Shown: positions 8,727-18,085 of the stretch, piece by piece | Layout of the letters: every line of letters begins with the position of its first letter | Numbering within the stretch: position 1 is the first letter of the stretch | NCBI RefSeq assembly: GCF_001457595.1 | Contig: NZ_LN831039.1 | Span: forward strand, 4,290,001 to 4,322,000 | Source of the DNA: Mycolicibacterium smegmatis | GTDB lineage: Bacteria > Actinomycetota > Actinomycetes > Mycobacteriales > Mycobacteriaceae | Direction: 5' to 3' | DNA: 32,000 nt | Notes under the pieces: generated by a model | Database searches by the model: none | Told to the model about the DNA's origin: nothing | What the model saw: the letters and a program-made list of their open reading frames with translations, nothing else | Position numbers and translations under genes: made by a program

Positions 8727-9236
8727 CTAGTTCTTGCGCTCTTCGGTCTCGGCGTCGGACGCGGTTGCGGTGACTTCTGGGGTGTCCGTGTCGCCCGTCG
8801 CCTCGGGCTCGTCGCTCGCATCGACGTCATCTGCGGCCGTTTCGGCGGCGACCCCGTCTGACATGGTCTCCTCCGAGGCCGCTGCATTCTCGGCGTCCAC
8901 CGCATCCTCGGGGTAATCGACCGGCTCGTCGGCGTCGACCTCGGCGGTGTCCTGCACCGCCGCGATCACCTGGGTGTCGCGGCTGCTGTCGTACTCCTCG
9001 TCGACCTCTTCGGCCGCCTGGTCGACGTCGGCCTCACCATCGGCAGCGGCGCCTGAGCCGCGGGCCGACGTGCGTGCGCCGCGGGAGCGCTCACGCAGAG
9101 CGTCGACGATCAGCAGGACCACGCCGAGCACGCTGGCGCCGATGCAGACCCAGGCGATCAGTTCGTTGCTGGTGACCACGGCGGTCACCAGCGCTGCCAG
9201 GCCGATGACGGCGAGCACGAGCGCAATGATCAACAT
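8727..9236 (-). CDS. Small membrane protein with two N-terminal TM helices and a long acidic tail (Rv2144c-like position downstream of wag31)
   Basis: Start trimmed to ATG 9236-9234 (MLIIALVLAVIGLAALVTAVVTSNELIAWVCIGASVLGVVLLIVDALRE...); an alternative GTG lies at 9269. The C-terminal ~110 aa is Asp/Glu/Ala/Thr-rich low complexity. Confidence 0.7.
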   Translation of the reverse strand: MLIIALVLAVIGLAALVTAVVTSNELIAWVCIGASVLGVVLLIVDALRERSRGARTSARGSGAAADGEADVDQAAEEVDEEYDSSRDTQVIAAVQDTAEVDADEPVDYPEDAVDAENAAASEETMSDGVAAETAADDVDASDEPEATGDTDTPEVTATASDAETEERKN

Positions 9237-9330
9237 TGTTTGAACCCTAGGGTGTGGCGGTCCGACCACGGTGACGGACCCATCGAGTCAGCCCCGGGTC
9301 GTGTCGACGCGGGGCCTGTCGCCGGACGAG

Positions 9331-10149
9331 TCAGTTGTTGCCGCGGTTGAACTGGCCGAATCCGCTGGCGTCGCTGTTCGCGCTGGAATCGACCGGTGCG
9401 GCCGAACCACGCTGACCCAGCTCCTCGAGCTGCGACTCCAGGTAGGTCTTGAGGCGCGTCCGGTATTCGCGTTCAAACGTGCGCAACTGCTCGAGCCGAC
9501 CCTCCAGCACCGTGCGCTGCTGGTTGATGGTTCCCATGATCTCGGAATGCTTGCGCTCGGCATCGGCCTGCAGCGCGTCGGCCTTCTCCTGGGCCTGCCG
9601 CAACTGGGCCTCCGACCGGGTCTGGGCGTCGGCCAGCATGGCGTCGGCACGCTGACGCGCCTCGGAGACCGTGGTCTCGGCGGTCTGGCGGGCGTCGCTC
9701 ACCATCGCCTCGGCCTGCGCACGCGCGTCGGAGAGCAGCTTGTCCGCCTCGGCCTTGGCTGTGCTGGTCAGACGGTCCGCGGTGTCCTGCGCGAGGCTCA
9801 GCACGCGGGCCGCGCGCACAGCGGTGTCCTCACTCTGCGGTGCGGCCGGCTGCGCCGGGGCCTCGTAGACCGGCTGCGGTGGAGCCGGGGCGGGCTCCGG
9901 CTCGGGCTCGTACAGCGGGATCGACGACGTCGCCTGTGACGACGCGCCTGCGCCCGAGCGTGCCGCCGCGAGTTCCTGGTCGAGTTCGGCGACCCGCTGA
10001 CGCAGGTCGGCGTTCTCCTCGATGAGGCGGGTCAGCTCGTTCTCAACCAGATCGAGAAAGGCGTCGACCTCGTCCTCGTTGTAGCCTCGCTTGCCAATTG
10101 GTGGCTTACTGAACGCGACGTTATGGACGTCCGCTGGTGTGAGCGGCAT
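9331..10149 (-). CDS. wag31: DivIVA-family polar growth scaffold Wag31
   Basis: 272 aa. The N-terminus [46 protein letters not shown] is the DivIVA lipid-binding domain. It is followed by Ala/Gln/Glu-rich coiled coil. AAGGGGG lies 7 nt upstream of the ATG. Confidence 0.95.
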   Translation of the reverse strand: MPLTPADVHNVAFSKPPIGKRGYNEDEVDAFLDLVENELTRLIEENADLRQRVAELDQELAAARSGAGASSQATSSIPLYEPEPEPAPAPPQPVYEAPAQPAAPQSEDTAVRAARVLSLAQDTADRLTSTAKAEADKLLSDARAQAEAMVSDARQTAETTVSEARQRADAMLADAQTRSEAQLRQAQEKADALQADAERKHSEIMGTINQQRTVLEGRLEQLRTFEREYRTRLKTYLESQLEELGQRGSAAPVDSSANSDASGFGQFNRGNN

Positions 10150-10389
10150 TGTCTGCCCCCTTGAAGTCTTGAACCGTCAACCGATCTCAAAGTGTAGAGC
10201 CTTGTTTGAACGCAACTGGCGTCCATCCTGTCACACCAGACCCGGCGGTTGCAGTAGAGGGCAATTTTAAGAGCGAATTTCAATCTTCTTACGGCTCCGT
10301 GCAGCGCCCCGGCAAACGTCGGCAACCAGGCGTTCCGGCGGCACGGGCGCCGCTCCCGGAAATCCCGGGGAACCCGCGCGCCCCCGGTG

Positions 10390-10695
10390 TCAGACCGCGG
10401 CGCCGAACGCGAGCTGCATGCCGATGAACGCCGCCAGCAGCAGCACCATGATCGACAGATCGAAGCGCACCGCGCCCACCGTGAGCTGGGGAATGATCCT
10501 GCGCAACAGCTTCACCGGCGGATCGGTGACGGTCATGATCAGCTCAAGGATGACCACGGTGAAGCCACGGGGATGCCAGTCCCGGCTGAACGAGCGGATG
10601 AACTCCACGACCACGCGCGCGATGAGCAGCAGCCAGAAGATGAACAGCGCGAAACCCAGGATCTGGAAAAACAGCGACAACTGAGCCGACCTCAC
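10390..10695 (-). CDS. yggT: YggT-family small integral membrane protein
   Basis: 101 aa. FFQILGFALFIFWLLLIARVVVEFIRSF...DPPVKLLRRIIP is the YggT signature. It holds the conserved position between sepF and wag31. GTG start. Confidence 0.88.
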   Translation of the reverse strand: MRSAQLSLFFQILGFALFIFWLLLIARVVVEFIRSFSRDWHPRGFTVVILELIMTVTDPPVKLLRRIIPQLTVGAVRFDLSIMVLLLAAFIGMQLAFGAAV

Positions 10696-10733
10696 TACCG
10701 ACGGATGTGTGACATTCGATACAGGTCGCTGCA

Positions 10734-10765
10734 GGTCGGCACTCGAACTATCCGGTGTGCCGACC
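10734..10765 (-). other. Perfect 9-bp-stem inverted repeat (GGTCGGCAC / GTGCCGACC, 14-nt loop) in the sepF-yggT spacer
   Basis: Read directly: arms at 10734-10742 and 10757-10765. There is no U-tract. Confidence 0.4.
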
Positions 10766-10842
10766 GGTGATGCGACGCCGCCAGCCTACCCGGCCGTGGA
10801 GCGCACGAAAGACAGGTGGCGGTCCGGCGACCAGGGATGTGG

Positions 10843-11487
10843 CTAACGGTAGGAGTAGAAGCCCGCCTCGGCGATGCGCCTGCGCTCCTCGGCCGTGACG
10901 TCGACATCGGCAGGCGAAAGCAGGAAGACCTTGGTGGCCACCTTGTCGAACGACCCGCGCAGCGCGAACGCGAGGCCCGCCGCGAAGTCGACCAGGCGCT
11001 TGGCGTCGGCGTTGTCCATCGACACCAGGTCCATGATCACGGGCGTTCCGTCGCGGAACCGCTCACCGATGGTGCGCGCCTCGCTGTAGTCCTTCGGGCG
11101 CAGCGTCGTGATCTTGGCCAGCGGGCTGCCGGCCTCGAACAGTTCGGCCATGCCGCGCGGGTCCATGGCGAGCGCGCCACGGGTCGATCCCCGCATGGCG
11201 CCGAGCCGCGCAGGCGCGGGCCGGTCGAACTCGCGCGGAGCACGCATACGGCCCTCGAAACGCGGCTCGTCGGCGAAGCGCTCGGCGTATCCGCCCCGGT
11301 AGGCCGGGCCCTCGTCGTACTCGTGGCCCTCGTAGCCGTAGGCCTCTTCCTCGAAGCGGTCCTCCCGGGGACGACGGCTGTACCCGCCGGCGCGGGCGCC
11401 GCGGTCGTCGTCCTCGTAGTACTCGTCTTCGTAGTCATCCATCGGCGCCATGCCGAAGTAGGCCTTGACCTTATGCAGTGTGCTCAT
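10843..11487 (-). CDS. sepF: Cell division protein SepF (FtsZ membrane tether)
   Basis: 214 aa with an N-terminal amphipathic [15 protein letters not shown], a Tyr/Glu/Arg-rich linker, and the C-terminal SepF core ([27 protein letters not shown]...[20 protein letters not shown]). Confidence 0.95.
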   Translation of the reverse strand: MSTLHKVKAYFGMAPMDDYEDEYYEDDDRGARAGGYSRRPREDRFEEEAYGYEGHEYDEGPAYRGGYAERFADEPRFEGRMRAPREFDRPAPARLGAMRGSTRGALAMDPRGMAELFEAGSPLAKITTLRPKDYSEARTIGERFRDGTPVIMDLVSMDNADAKRLVDFAAGLAFALRGSFDKVATKVFLLSPADVDVTAEERRRIAEAGFYSYR

Positions 11488-12325
11488 CGGGCGACCCTTC
11501 TGCTGACCGTGGGAGTTCTGATGTCTGTGATGAAGATGTGACTGGAGTGACTACTGGGGGTGACGTTAGCGGTCGGGGGCCCATCAGCGCGGTACCGACA
11601 CGCACACACGTCGAACCGTGTTTCACCGCGCTTTCCAGGTCGTTCGACATCCCGGCGGACATCTCCAGGCGCTGCGGGTAGGCCTTCTGCACGCGGTCGC
11701 GCTCCGCGGCGAGCCGTGCGAACGCCTCGTCGGCGTCGGCGCCCAGCGGGGGTATGGCCATCAGTCCCGTGAACGTCAGGCCGTCGGCCCCGTCGATCGC
11801 CGCGCACAACTCGTCCACCAGATCCGGATCGCCGATGTCCACCCCGCCGCGTTCGGCGTCCCCGTCGAGGCTGATCTGGAGGTACACCCGTAGCGGCTCG
11901 GAGCGAACTCCCCTGCCCAGCGCGTCGGCCGCGCCGCGGTCCAGCGCGGCGATCAGCCGCGCGTTGTCGACCGAGTGCGCCGCGTACGCCCACCCCGCAA
12001 CCGCGCGGGCCTTGTTGCGCTGGATGCGTCCGATCATGTGCCAGCGAATTGGTGCGTCAGGCAATTCGGCGCGAACTTCCGCAATTTTGTTCGCGGCTTC
12101 TTGTTCGCGGGATTCCCCAAAAGACAGACAACCCAATTGATTGAGAATGACAATATCCGAGCCGGGAAAGAATTTCGTTACCGGAAGTAATTCAATTTCG
12201 CCGACATTTCTTCCGGCCGATTCCGCGGCCCGCGCCAGCCGCGCCCGCGCAGCTCCGAGCGCCGCGGTCAGCTGGGCCGTGCGGTCCGCGTCGCGGATGC
12301 GTCGTGAGGGGGTCGTGGCACTCAT
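11471..12325 (-). CDS. yggS: YggS/YlmE-family pyridoxal-phosphate homeostasis protein
   Basis: The track ORF 11471..12748 is over-extended. The start ATG 12325-12323 overlaps the pgeF stop as ATGA (MSATTPSRR...). PLP-lysine context LLPVTKFFP and the C-terminal [27 protein letters not shown] are present. The last 17 nt overlap sepF. Confidence 0.88.
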   Translation of the reverse strand: MSATTPSRRIRDADRTAQLTAALGAARARLARAAESAGRNVGEIELLPVTKFFPGSDIVILNQLGCLSFGESREQEAANKIAEVRAELPDAPIRWHMIGRIQRNKARAVAGWAYAAHSVDNARLIAALDRGAADALGRGVRSEPLRVYLQISLDGDAERGGVDIGDPDLVDELCAAIDGADGLTFTGLMAIPPLGADADEAFARLAAERDRVQKAYPQRLEMSAGMSNDLESAVKHGSTCVRVGTALMGPRPLTSPPVVTPVTSSSQTSELPRSAEGSPDEHTA

Positions 12326-13035
12326 CGCGAGGCCTGCTCCATCCACACCAGACACGCCAGGCGCCCCGTGGGCGCCTGGCGTCGATGGCTGAACAGCGTG
12401 GTGTCGGCGACCGTGCACCGCGGGTCCACGTCGATCGCCGCGACGCCCAAACCCTTTAATTGACGGACGATTCCGGCTCTCAGGTCCAAGCCGGGCGTTC
12501 CGCGCGACGTCGTGGTGCGACTGCCGGGCAGGCTGGCCTCGACCTCGGCCGCCATCGCCTCGGGGACCTCGTAGTTGCGTCCGCTGACCGCCGGACCGAG
12601 CAGCACCGAGATGTCCTCGACATGCGCGCCCGCGGCCAGCATGGCCTCCAGAGTGCGTGGCACGATCCCGATCTGGGCGCCCACACGACCGGCGTGCGCG
12701 GCCGCGACCACACCCGCGCGGGCGTCGGCCATTAACACCGGAACACAATCGGCGGTAACCACCGCCAAAGCCAAACCGGGAACCGTGGTCACCAATGCGT
12801 CGGTGTCATTTACCGCACGTTCACGTGGACCGTCCACGGTGACAACACGATCACCGTGGACCTGATTCATCCACACGATTGCGTCGGCGCTCACCGCGTC
12901 CGCGAGGCGTTGACGATTGGCGGCCACCGCGGCCGGATCGTCACCCACGTGATCGCCGAGGTTGAACGAATCGTAGGGCGGTGCCGAAACACCACCGGCG
13001 CGGGTCGTCGTCACGCGCCGAATACGAACACTCAC
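12322..13035 (-). CDS. pgeF: YfiH/PgeF-family (laccase-domain, DUF152) protein
   Basis: 237 aa with conserved MNQVHG, TADCVPVL and AAAHAGR motifs. It holds the conserved position downstream of ftsZ. GTG start. Confidence 0.9.
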   Translation of the reverse strand: MSVRIRRVTTTRAGGVSAPPYDSFNLGDHVGDDPAAVAANRQRLADAVSADAIVWMNQVHGDRVVTVDGPRERAVNDTDALVTTVPGLALAVVTADCVPVLMADARAGVVAAAHAGRVGAQIGIVPRTLEAMLAAGAHVEDISVLLGPAVSGRNYEVPEAMAAEVEASLPGSRTTTSRGTPGLDLRAGIVRQLKGLGVAAIDVDPRCTVADTTLFSHRRQAPTGRLACLVWMEQASR

Positions 13036-13080
13036 GGTTTCAGTATCCGGACCATTCGAACGCGGTGGCCGGCCGTCGGC

Positions 13081-14238
13081 TCAGTGCCGCATGAAGGGCG
13101 GCACGTCGACATCGTCATCCGCGATGCCCCCGTCGTCGCCGCCCACGCTCACCGTGGCGCCGTTGGTGTGGGTGGGCACGCTCGCCGCGTCCTGGGGCTC
13201 GAACAGCGAGGTGGTCACCTTGCCCGCGCGGGCCGAGGCGATCGGCTGTGTCTGCGCCTGGCTCGGGCTCACCACGGGTTTCCGGCTCGGCCCGGCACTG
13301 TCGAACCCGGCCGCGATGACGGTCACCCGGACCTCGTCGCCGAGCGAGTCGTCGATCACCGTGCCGAAGATGATGTTGGCCTCGGGATGGGCCGCGTCCT
13401 GCACGAGCGAGGCGGCCTCGTTGATCTCGAAGAGCCCGAGGTCACTGCCACCGGCCACCGACAGCAGCACGCCCTGGGCGCCTTCCATCGAGGCCTCGAG
13501 CAGCGGCGAGTTGATCGCGATCTCGGCGGCCTTGAGCGCACGGCCGTCACCGCGCGCCGAGCCGATGCCCATCAGCGCCGTGCCCGCACCGCTCATGACG
13601 CCCTTGACGTCGGCGAAGTCCACGTTGATCAGACCGGGTGTGGTGATCAGGTCGGTGATGCCCTGGACACCGTTGAGCAGCACCTCGTCGGCGCTGCGGA
13701 ACGCGTCCATGAGCGACACCGCCGCGTCGCCCATCTGCAGCAGACGGTCGTTGGGGATCACGATGAGCGTGTCGCAGCTCTCGCGCAGCGCCTGGATGCC
13801 GGCCTCGGCCTGGTTGCTGCGCCGCTTGCCCTCGAACGAGAACGGGCGCGTCACCACACCGACGGTCAGCGCGCCGAGCTTGCGGGCGATCGACGCGACG
13901 ACGGGTGCGCCGCCGGTACCGGTGCCGCCGCCCTCACCTGCGGTGACGAACACCATGTCGGCGCCGCGCAGCAGCTCCTCGATGTCGTCCTTGGCGTCCT
14001 CGGCCGCCTTGCGGCCCACCTCGGGGTCGGCGCCGGCACCGAGACCACGGGTGGAGTCACGGCCCACGTCGAGCTTGACGTCGGCGTCGCTCATCAGCAG
14101 TGCCTGGGCATCGGTGTTGATCGCGATGAACTCGACGCCCTTCAGGCCCTGTTCGATCATGCGGTTGACGGCGTTGACGCCGCCGCCGCCGATACCAACC
14201 ACCTTGATGACCGCGAGGTAGTTATGCGGGGGGGTCAT
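13081..14238 (-). CDS. ftsZ: Cell division GTPase FtsZ
   Basis: The start is trimmed from the track ORF to ATG 14238-14236, preceded by GGAGGAAG. It begins [27 protein letters not shown] and carries the tubulin signature [13 protein letters not shown]. The C-terminal peptide is [12 protein letters not shown]. 385 aa. Confidence 0.97.
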   Translation of the reverse strand: MTPPHNYLAVIKVVGIGGGGVNAVNRMIEQGLKGVEFIAINTDAQALLMSDADVKLDVGRDSTRGLGAGADPEVGRKAAEDAKDDIEELLRGADMVFVTAGEGGGTGTGGAPVVASIARKLGALTVGVVTRPFSFEGKRRSNQAEAGIQALRESCDTLIVIPNDRLLQMGDAAVSLMDAFRSADEVLLNGVQGITDLITTPGLINVDFADVKGVMSGAGTALMGIGSARGDGRALKAAEIAINSPLLEASMEGAQGVLLSVAGGSDLGLFEINEAASLVQDAAHPEANIIFGTVIDDSLGDEVRVTVIAAGFDSAGPSRKPVVSPSQAQTQPIASARAGKVTTSLFEPQDAASVPTHTNGATVSVGGDDGGIADDDVDVPPFMRH

Positions 14239-14484
14239 GGATCGTCTTCCTCCCTGGTTGGGTGCTCTGGGCGCCGATCTCCCCTGCAAACCCTCAACCT
14301 CAACCATAGGCTTAGAGTTATGTCAAGTAGTTCCGCGCAAACAGAACGGTAGGGGGCGGACGCGGCTGATCGTGGCAGGCGCGCCGACGCGTCGCGCGGC
14401 AATTTCTGCGCGGATGTGTCGTGACCGTCACAGGGGCAGGCTGAGGAACCCGTCGAGCGGCAGGTCAAACCCTTGCCGTAGGGG
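14239..14484 (-). promoter_or_regulatory. ftsQ-ftsZ intergenic region; probable ftsZ promoter cluster
   Basis: This is a 246-nt non-coding gap in an otherwise tightly packed operon. On the minus strand it has TTGACA (14326-14321), TATGGT (14308-14303) and tandem GTTGAG GTTGAG. It also holds the palindromes GTGACCGTCAC (14421-14431) and CGACGCGTCG (14385-14394). Confidence 0.5.
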
Positions 14485-15486
14485 CTATTTGACCGTCGGC
14501 AGGTCCGGGCTCGACACGTCGTAGGTGGTGCCCGGCTGGGTCAACAGCGCCGCGAGTTTCAGCGCTTTTTCCTGGGTACGGTCGTCGGTCCCCCACACCA
14601 CGACGCGACCGTCGATGAGCGTCAACGTGATCGACGCGACCGACGGCGCCGCGATACGGCCGACCTGTGCGGCAACGTCCGGCGGCAGCGCCATCATGAC
14701 GTCGAGCGCTGCGCGCGTCGCCGGATCGTTCGGGCCCGGGTTGTCGGCGTCGAGATACGGCAGCGCCAACGGCGCGGGGCCCGTGGCGAAGTCGACGCCG
14801 TCGCGGTCGAACAGGTGCGGGCCGTCCGGATAGTCCTTGACCACCACGGGCACGCGCTCGACGATCGAGATCTTGAGCGTCGACGGGTACTCGCGCTGCA
14901 CACGCGCGGTCGCGACGCGGCGGATGGTCGCGACCCGTTCGGCGACGGCATCGGTGTCGACTTGCAGCAACGGGGTGCCTGGGGCGACCGCGGCGGCCGT
15001 GAGCACCTCCTCCTGCGGGATCTCGGCCAGTCCGCTGACCTCGACGTTGCGGGCCGACATGATCGGGGTGAAGTAGAGCAGCAGGCCAAGCGCCACCGCC
15101 AGCACGCTGACCAGCGCCGCCCACATCAGCACCTTGAGACCGCGGATCGTGTTGCGCGGAACGGATTTCGTCGGATCGAGGGCGCCGGCGACCGCGCGGC
15201 GCTTGGCCTCGCGGCGGGCCTGCTCGATCGCCATGGCCCGGTCGCGGGCCGCGCGCCGTTCGGCGCGCTCGCGGCGCGCGCGGCGGCGCGGACCCTCGAA
15301 CTCCTCGGAGGCGTCGGCTTCGGCGGTGGTCCCGGTCTGTGCGGTCGTCTCGGTGGTGTCGGTCATCTCAGCTTCGGAAGCGTCAACAGGTTCTGTCGGT
15401 TCGGCCGGCCCGTCGGTCTCGGCTGCGGTGTCGTCGGGGCCTGCAGGATCTTCAGCGGGGTCACCGTGGGGACCCGTCCCGGTCAC
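14485..15486 (-). CDS. ftsQ: Cell division protein FtsQ (POTRA domain) with long N-terminal cytoplasmic extension
   Basis: 333 aa: an acidic then Arg-rich N-terminal ~110 aa, one TM helix ([21 protein letters not shown]), then POTRA ([20 protein letters not shown]...). The GTG start overlaps the murC stop as GTGA. Confidence 0.93.
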   Translation of the reverse strand: MTGTGPHGDPAEDPAGPDDTAAETDGPAEPTEPVDASEAEMTDTTETTAQTGTTAEADASEEFEGPRRRARRERAERRAARDRAMAIEQARREAKRRAVAGALDPTKSVPRNTIRGLKVLMWAALVSVLAVALGLLLYFTPIMSARNVEVSGLAEIPQEEVLTAAAVAPGTPLLQVDTDAVAERVATIRRVATARVQREYPSTLKISIVERVPVVVKDYPDGPHLFDRDGVDFATGPAPLALPYLDADNPGPNDPATRAALDVMMALPPDVAAQVGRIAAPSVASITLTLIDGRVVVWGTDDRTQEKALKLAALLTQPGTTYDVSSPDLPTVK

Positions 15487-16931
15487 GACGCGCCCGCTCC
15501 CGGCATACCGCGGTTGTCCTTGAGGCGCAGTTCGCTGAGGATCTCGCCGCCCAGCATGGTGACATCGCCCGCCCCCATCGTGAGTATCACGTCACCAGAG
15601 CGCGCGATCGAGGCGACATGCGCTGCCACGGCCGAGAAGTCGGGCACATATGTGACAGGCGCGGTGACGTGGTCGGCGACCGTCGCGCCGCTGACACCGG
15701 CCATGGGCTGTTCGCGGGCCGCGTACACGTCGAGCACGACCACCTGATCGGCGACGCTGAGCGCCGCGCCGAACTCGTGAGCGAAGGTCGCTGTGCGTGA
15801 GTACAAGTGCGGCTGGAAAGCGACGACGACCCGGCCACCGTTCTGGTCGACGACCGTGCGGGCCGCCTCGAGCGTCGCCCGCACCTCGGTGGGATGGTGC
15901 GCATAGTCGTCGAACACCCGGGCGCCCGCGGCCGTCCCGACGAGTTCGAAACGCCTACGCACACCCTCGAATCCGGCCAGGCCGTCGAGCACGCTGTCGG
16001 TGGGCGCACCGATCTCGCGCGCGGCCAGCAGCGCGGCCAGCGCGTTGAGTGCCATGTGGCGTCCCGGCACCGACAGGCGCACGGCCCGTGGGTTGTGTTC
16101 CCCCGCGAGCCGGATGTGCGCGACGGCACCCGTGCCCTGCTGTTCCCAGCTGAGCAGGGTGCCCGCGAGATTGTCGCCGGTGCTGCCGTAGCGCAGCACC
16201 CGGATACCGAGTGCGTCGGTGCGGTCGGCCAGCGCGGCAGCGCCGGGATCGTCGGTGCACACCACGAGGGCGCCGCCGGGCGCGATGCGCTCGACGAACG
16301 AGTCGAACACCGCGGTGTAGGCCTGCTCGCTGCCGAAGAAGTCCAGGTGGTCGGCCTCGATGTTGGTCACCACGGCCACGTTCGGCGTGTATTCGAGCAG
16401 CGACCCGTCACTCTCGTCGGCCTCGGCGACGAACGTGGTGCCGCTGCCGTGATGCGCATTGGTGCCTGCCTCACCCAGTTCGCCGCCGACCGCGAACGAG
16501 GGGTCGAATCCGCTGTGCTGCAACGCGACGATGAGCATCGAGGTCGTGGTGGTCTTGCCGTGCGTGCCGGTCACCATGAGCGTGGTGTAGCCGGTCATCA
16601 ACTTGGCCAGCACCACCGGACGCAGGATGACCGGGATGCCGCGCTTGCGCGCCTCGACGAGTTCGGGGTTGGTCTTGGGGATCGCGGCGTGGGTGGTCAC
16701 CACGGCCGTCGGACCGCCGGGAAGCAGATCCAGCGACGACGCGTCGTGGCCGATGCGGATCTCGGCGCCACGGGCACGCAACGCGACGACGCCGCGGGAC
16801 TCCTTGGCATCGGAACCCGACACCAGTCCGCCGCGGTCGAGCAGGATGCGCGCCACGCCCGACATGCCGGCGCCGCCGATGCCGACCATGTGCACACGCT
16901 GCAACTCCGGTGGCAGCGAGATGCCCGTCAT
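15483..16931 (-). CDS. murC: UDP-N-acetylmuramate--L-alanine ligase MurC
   Basis: 482 aa with GIGGAGMSG, the P-loop [11 protein letters not shown] and a Mur ligase C-terminal domain. Confidence 0.96.
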   Translation of the reverse strand: MTGISLPPELQRVHMVGIGGAGMSGVARILLDRGGLVSGSDAKESRGVVALRARGAEIRIGHDASSLDLLPGGPTAVVTTHAAIPKTNPELVEARKRGIPVILRPVVLAKLMTGYTTLMVTGTHGKTTTTSMLIVALQHSGFDPSFAVGGELGEAGTNAHHGSGTTFVAEADESDGSLLEYTPNVAVVTNIEADHLDFFGSEQAYTAVFDSFVERIAPGGALVVCTDDPGAAALADRTDALGIRVLRYGSTGDNLAGTLLSWEQQGTGAVAHIRLAGEHNPRAVRLSVPGRHMALNALAALLAAREIGAPTDSVLDGLAGFEGVRRRFELVGTAAGARVFDDYAHHPTEVRATLEAARTVVDQNGGRVVVAFQPHLYSRTATFAHEFGAALSVADQVVVLDVYAAREQPMAGVSGATVADHVTAPVTYVPDFSAVAAHVASIARSGDVILTMGAGDVTMLGGEILSELRLKDNRGMPGAGAS

Positions 16932-18085
16932 GACGCCTTCTTCCGTGCCGCGCGCGCGATCTCAAGCGCGACCTGCGCCACGCGCCGCGCGGCGTCGGGA
17001 TGCCCGGACAGTGATGCGGCCGCGGTCATCGCCGCGAGCTTGGAGTCGTCGGTGAGCAGCGGGATCACGGTCCGCGCGACGGTGTCACCGCTCAGGTCGG
17101 CGTCGTCGACCAGCAGGCCGCCGCCCGCGTCGACCACCGGTAGTGCATTGAGGCGCTGCTCACCGTTGCCGATCGGCAGCGGAACGTAGATCGCGGGCAA
17201 TCCGACCGCGGTGACCTCGGCCACCGTCATCGCACCCGAGCGGCAGATCGCGAGATCGGCTGCGGCATACGCCAGATCCATGCGGTCCAGGTACGGGACG
17301 GCCACGTACGGCGGGGCCTGCGGATCGGCGGGCGGCAGGTCGAGGGTGTTCTTCGGGCCGTGCGCGTGCAGCACCGAGATACCGGCAGCGGCAAGGTCTT
17401 TCGCCGCCGCGGACACGGCACGGTTGATCGACTGCGCGCCCTGGGATCCGCCGAACACCAGCAGCACCCTGGCGTCCTCGGCGAAACCGAACTCGGCGCG
17501 GGCCTGCGCGCGCAGGGCCGCGCGGTCAAGCGACGTGATCGACTCGCGCACCGGCACGCCGACCACCTCGACGTTGCGCAGCCCGGAATCGGGCACGGCC
17601 GAGAGCACCCGGCGCGCCGAACGTGCGCCGACCCGGTTGGCCAGCCCGGCCCGTGCATTGGCCTCGTGCACCACGACCGGAACCTTGCGCCGGCCGGTGA
17701 GCCCGCCGCGCGCGGCGAGATAGGCGGGCAGGGCGACGTAGCCGCCGAAGCCCACCACGACGTCGGCGTTCACCCCGGTCAGCACGTCCCTGGTCTGGCG
17801 GATCGCGGTGCGCACCCGCATCGGCAGGCGCAGCAGATCCTTCGACGGTTTGCGTGGCAGCGGAACCGGGGTGATCAGTTCCAGGTCATAGCCGCGCTGC
17901 GGCACCAGCCGGGTCTCCAGCCCCCGCTGGGTGCCGAGGGCGGTGATCCGCACGTCGGGGTCGAGCGCGCGCAGCGCGTCGGCAACGGCCATCGCAGGCT
18001 CGACGTGCCCTGCTGTCCCACCACCGGCCAGCACCACCGAGATCCCACGGTCGCTGTGGTTGTTGTCCCGCGAACCCTTGTTCAC
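16928..18085 (-). CDS. murG: Lipid II glycosyltransferase MurG
   Basis: 385 aa with the G-loop [13 protein letters not shown] and C-terminal GGSQGA...RSGAMTVAE. The GTG start overlaps the ftsW stop as GTGA. Confidence 0.95.
   Translation of the reverse strand: MNKGSRDNNHSDRGISVVLAGGGTAGHVEPAMAVADALRALDPDVRITALGTQRGLETRLVPQRGYDLELITPVPLPRKPSKDLLRLPMRVRTAIRQTRDVLTGVNADVVVGFGGYVALPAYLAARGGLTGRRKVPVVVHEANARAGLANRVGARSARRVLSAVPDSGLRNVEVVGVPVRESITSLDRAALRAQARAEFGFAEDARVLLVFGGSQGAQSINRAVSAAAKDLAAAGISVLHAHGPKNTLDLPPADPQAPPYVAVPYLDRMDLAYAAADLAICRSGAMTVAEVTAVGLPAIYVPLPIGNGEQRLNALPVVDAGGGLLVDDADLSGDTVARTVIPLLTDDSKLAAMTAAASLSGHPDAARRVAQVALEIARAARKKAS

Noticed and set aside
9271-9939. A 222-aa plus-strand ORF opposite wag31.
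   Set aside because: It is antisense to the unmistakable DivIVA-family gene. Its Leu/Gly/Arg-rich translation mirrors the Ala/Gln/Glu coiled-coil codons on the other strand.
11471-12748. A 425-aa version of ylmE, and the extended versions of ftsZ (to 14307), mraZ (to 30264), the DUF3040 gene (to 31149) and the 8727..9269 ORF.
   Set aside because: In each case the extension overlaps the upstream gene or an intergenic region with low-complexity translation. An internal start with a good Shine-Dalgarno motif or an ATGA overlap reproduces the conserved family N-terminus.
12856-14352. A 498-aa plus-strand ORF, with similar long ORFs at 15807..17189, 21120..22811, 22818..24182, 23974..25656, 25451..27028, 5150..6544 and 1637..2704.
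   Set aside because: All lie antisense to, or out of frame with, genes that carry unmistakable catalytic motifs (ftsZ, murC/G, mraY/murD, murF, murE, ftsI, the kinase, tctA). Their translations are Arg/Gly/His/Asp-rich low complexity with no motifs. Long stop-free frames are expected by chance at this G+C content.
14421-14431. GTGACCGTCAC upstream of ftsZ as a second CRP site, by analogy with 4688-4701.
   Set aside because: The spacing between the GTGA and TCAC half-sites is 3 nt, not the 6 nt required for the CRP class. It is kept only as an unassigned palindrome.
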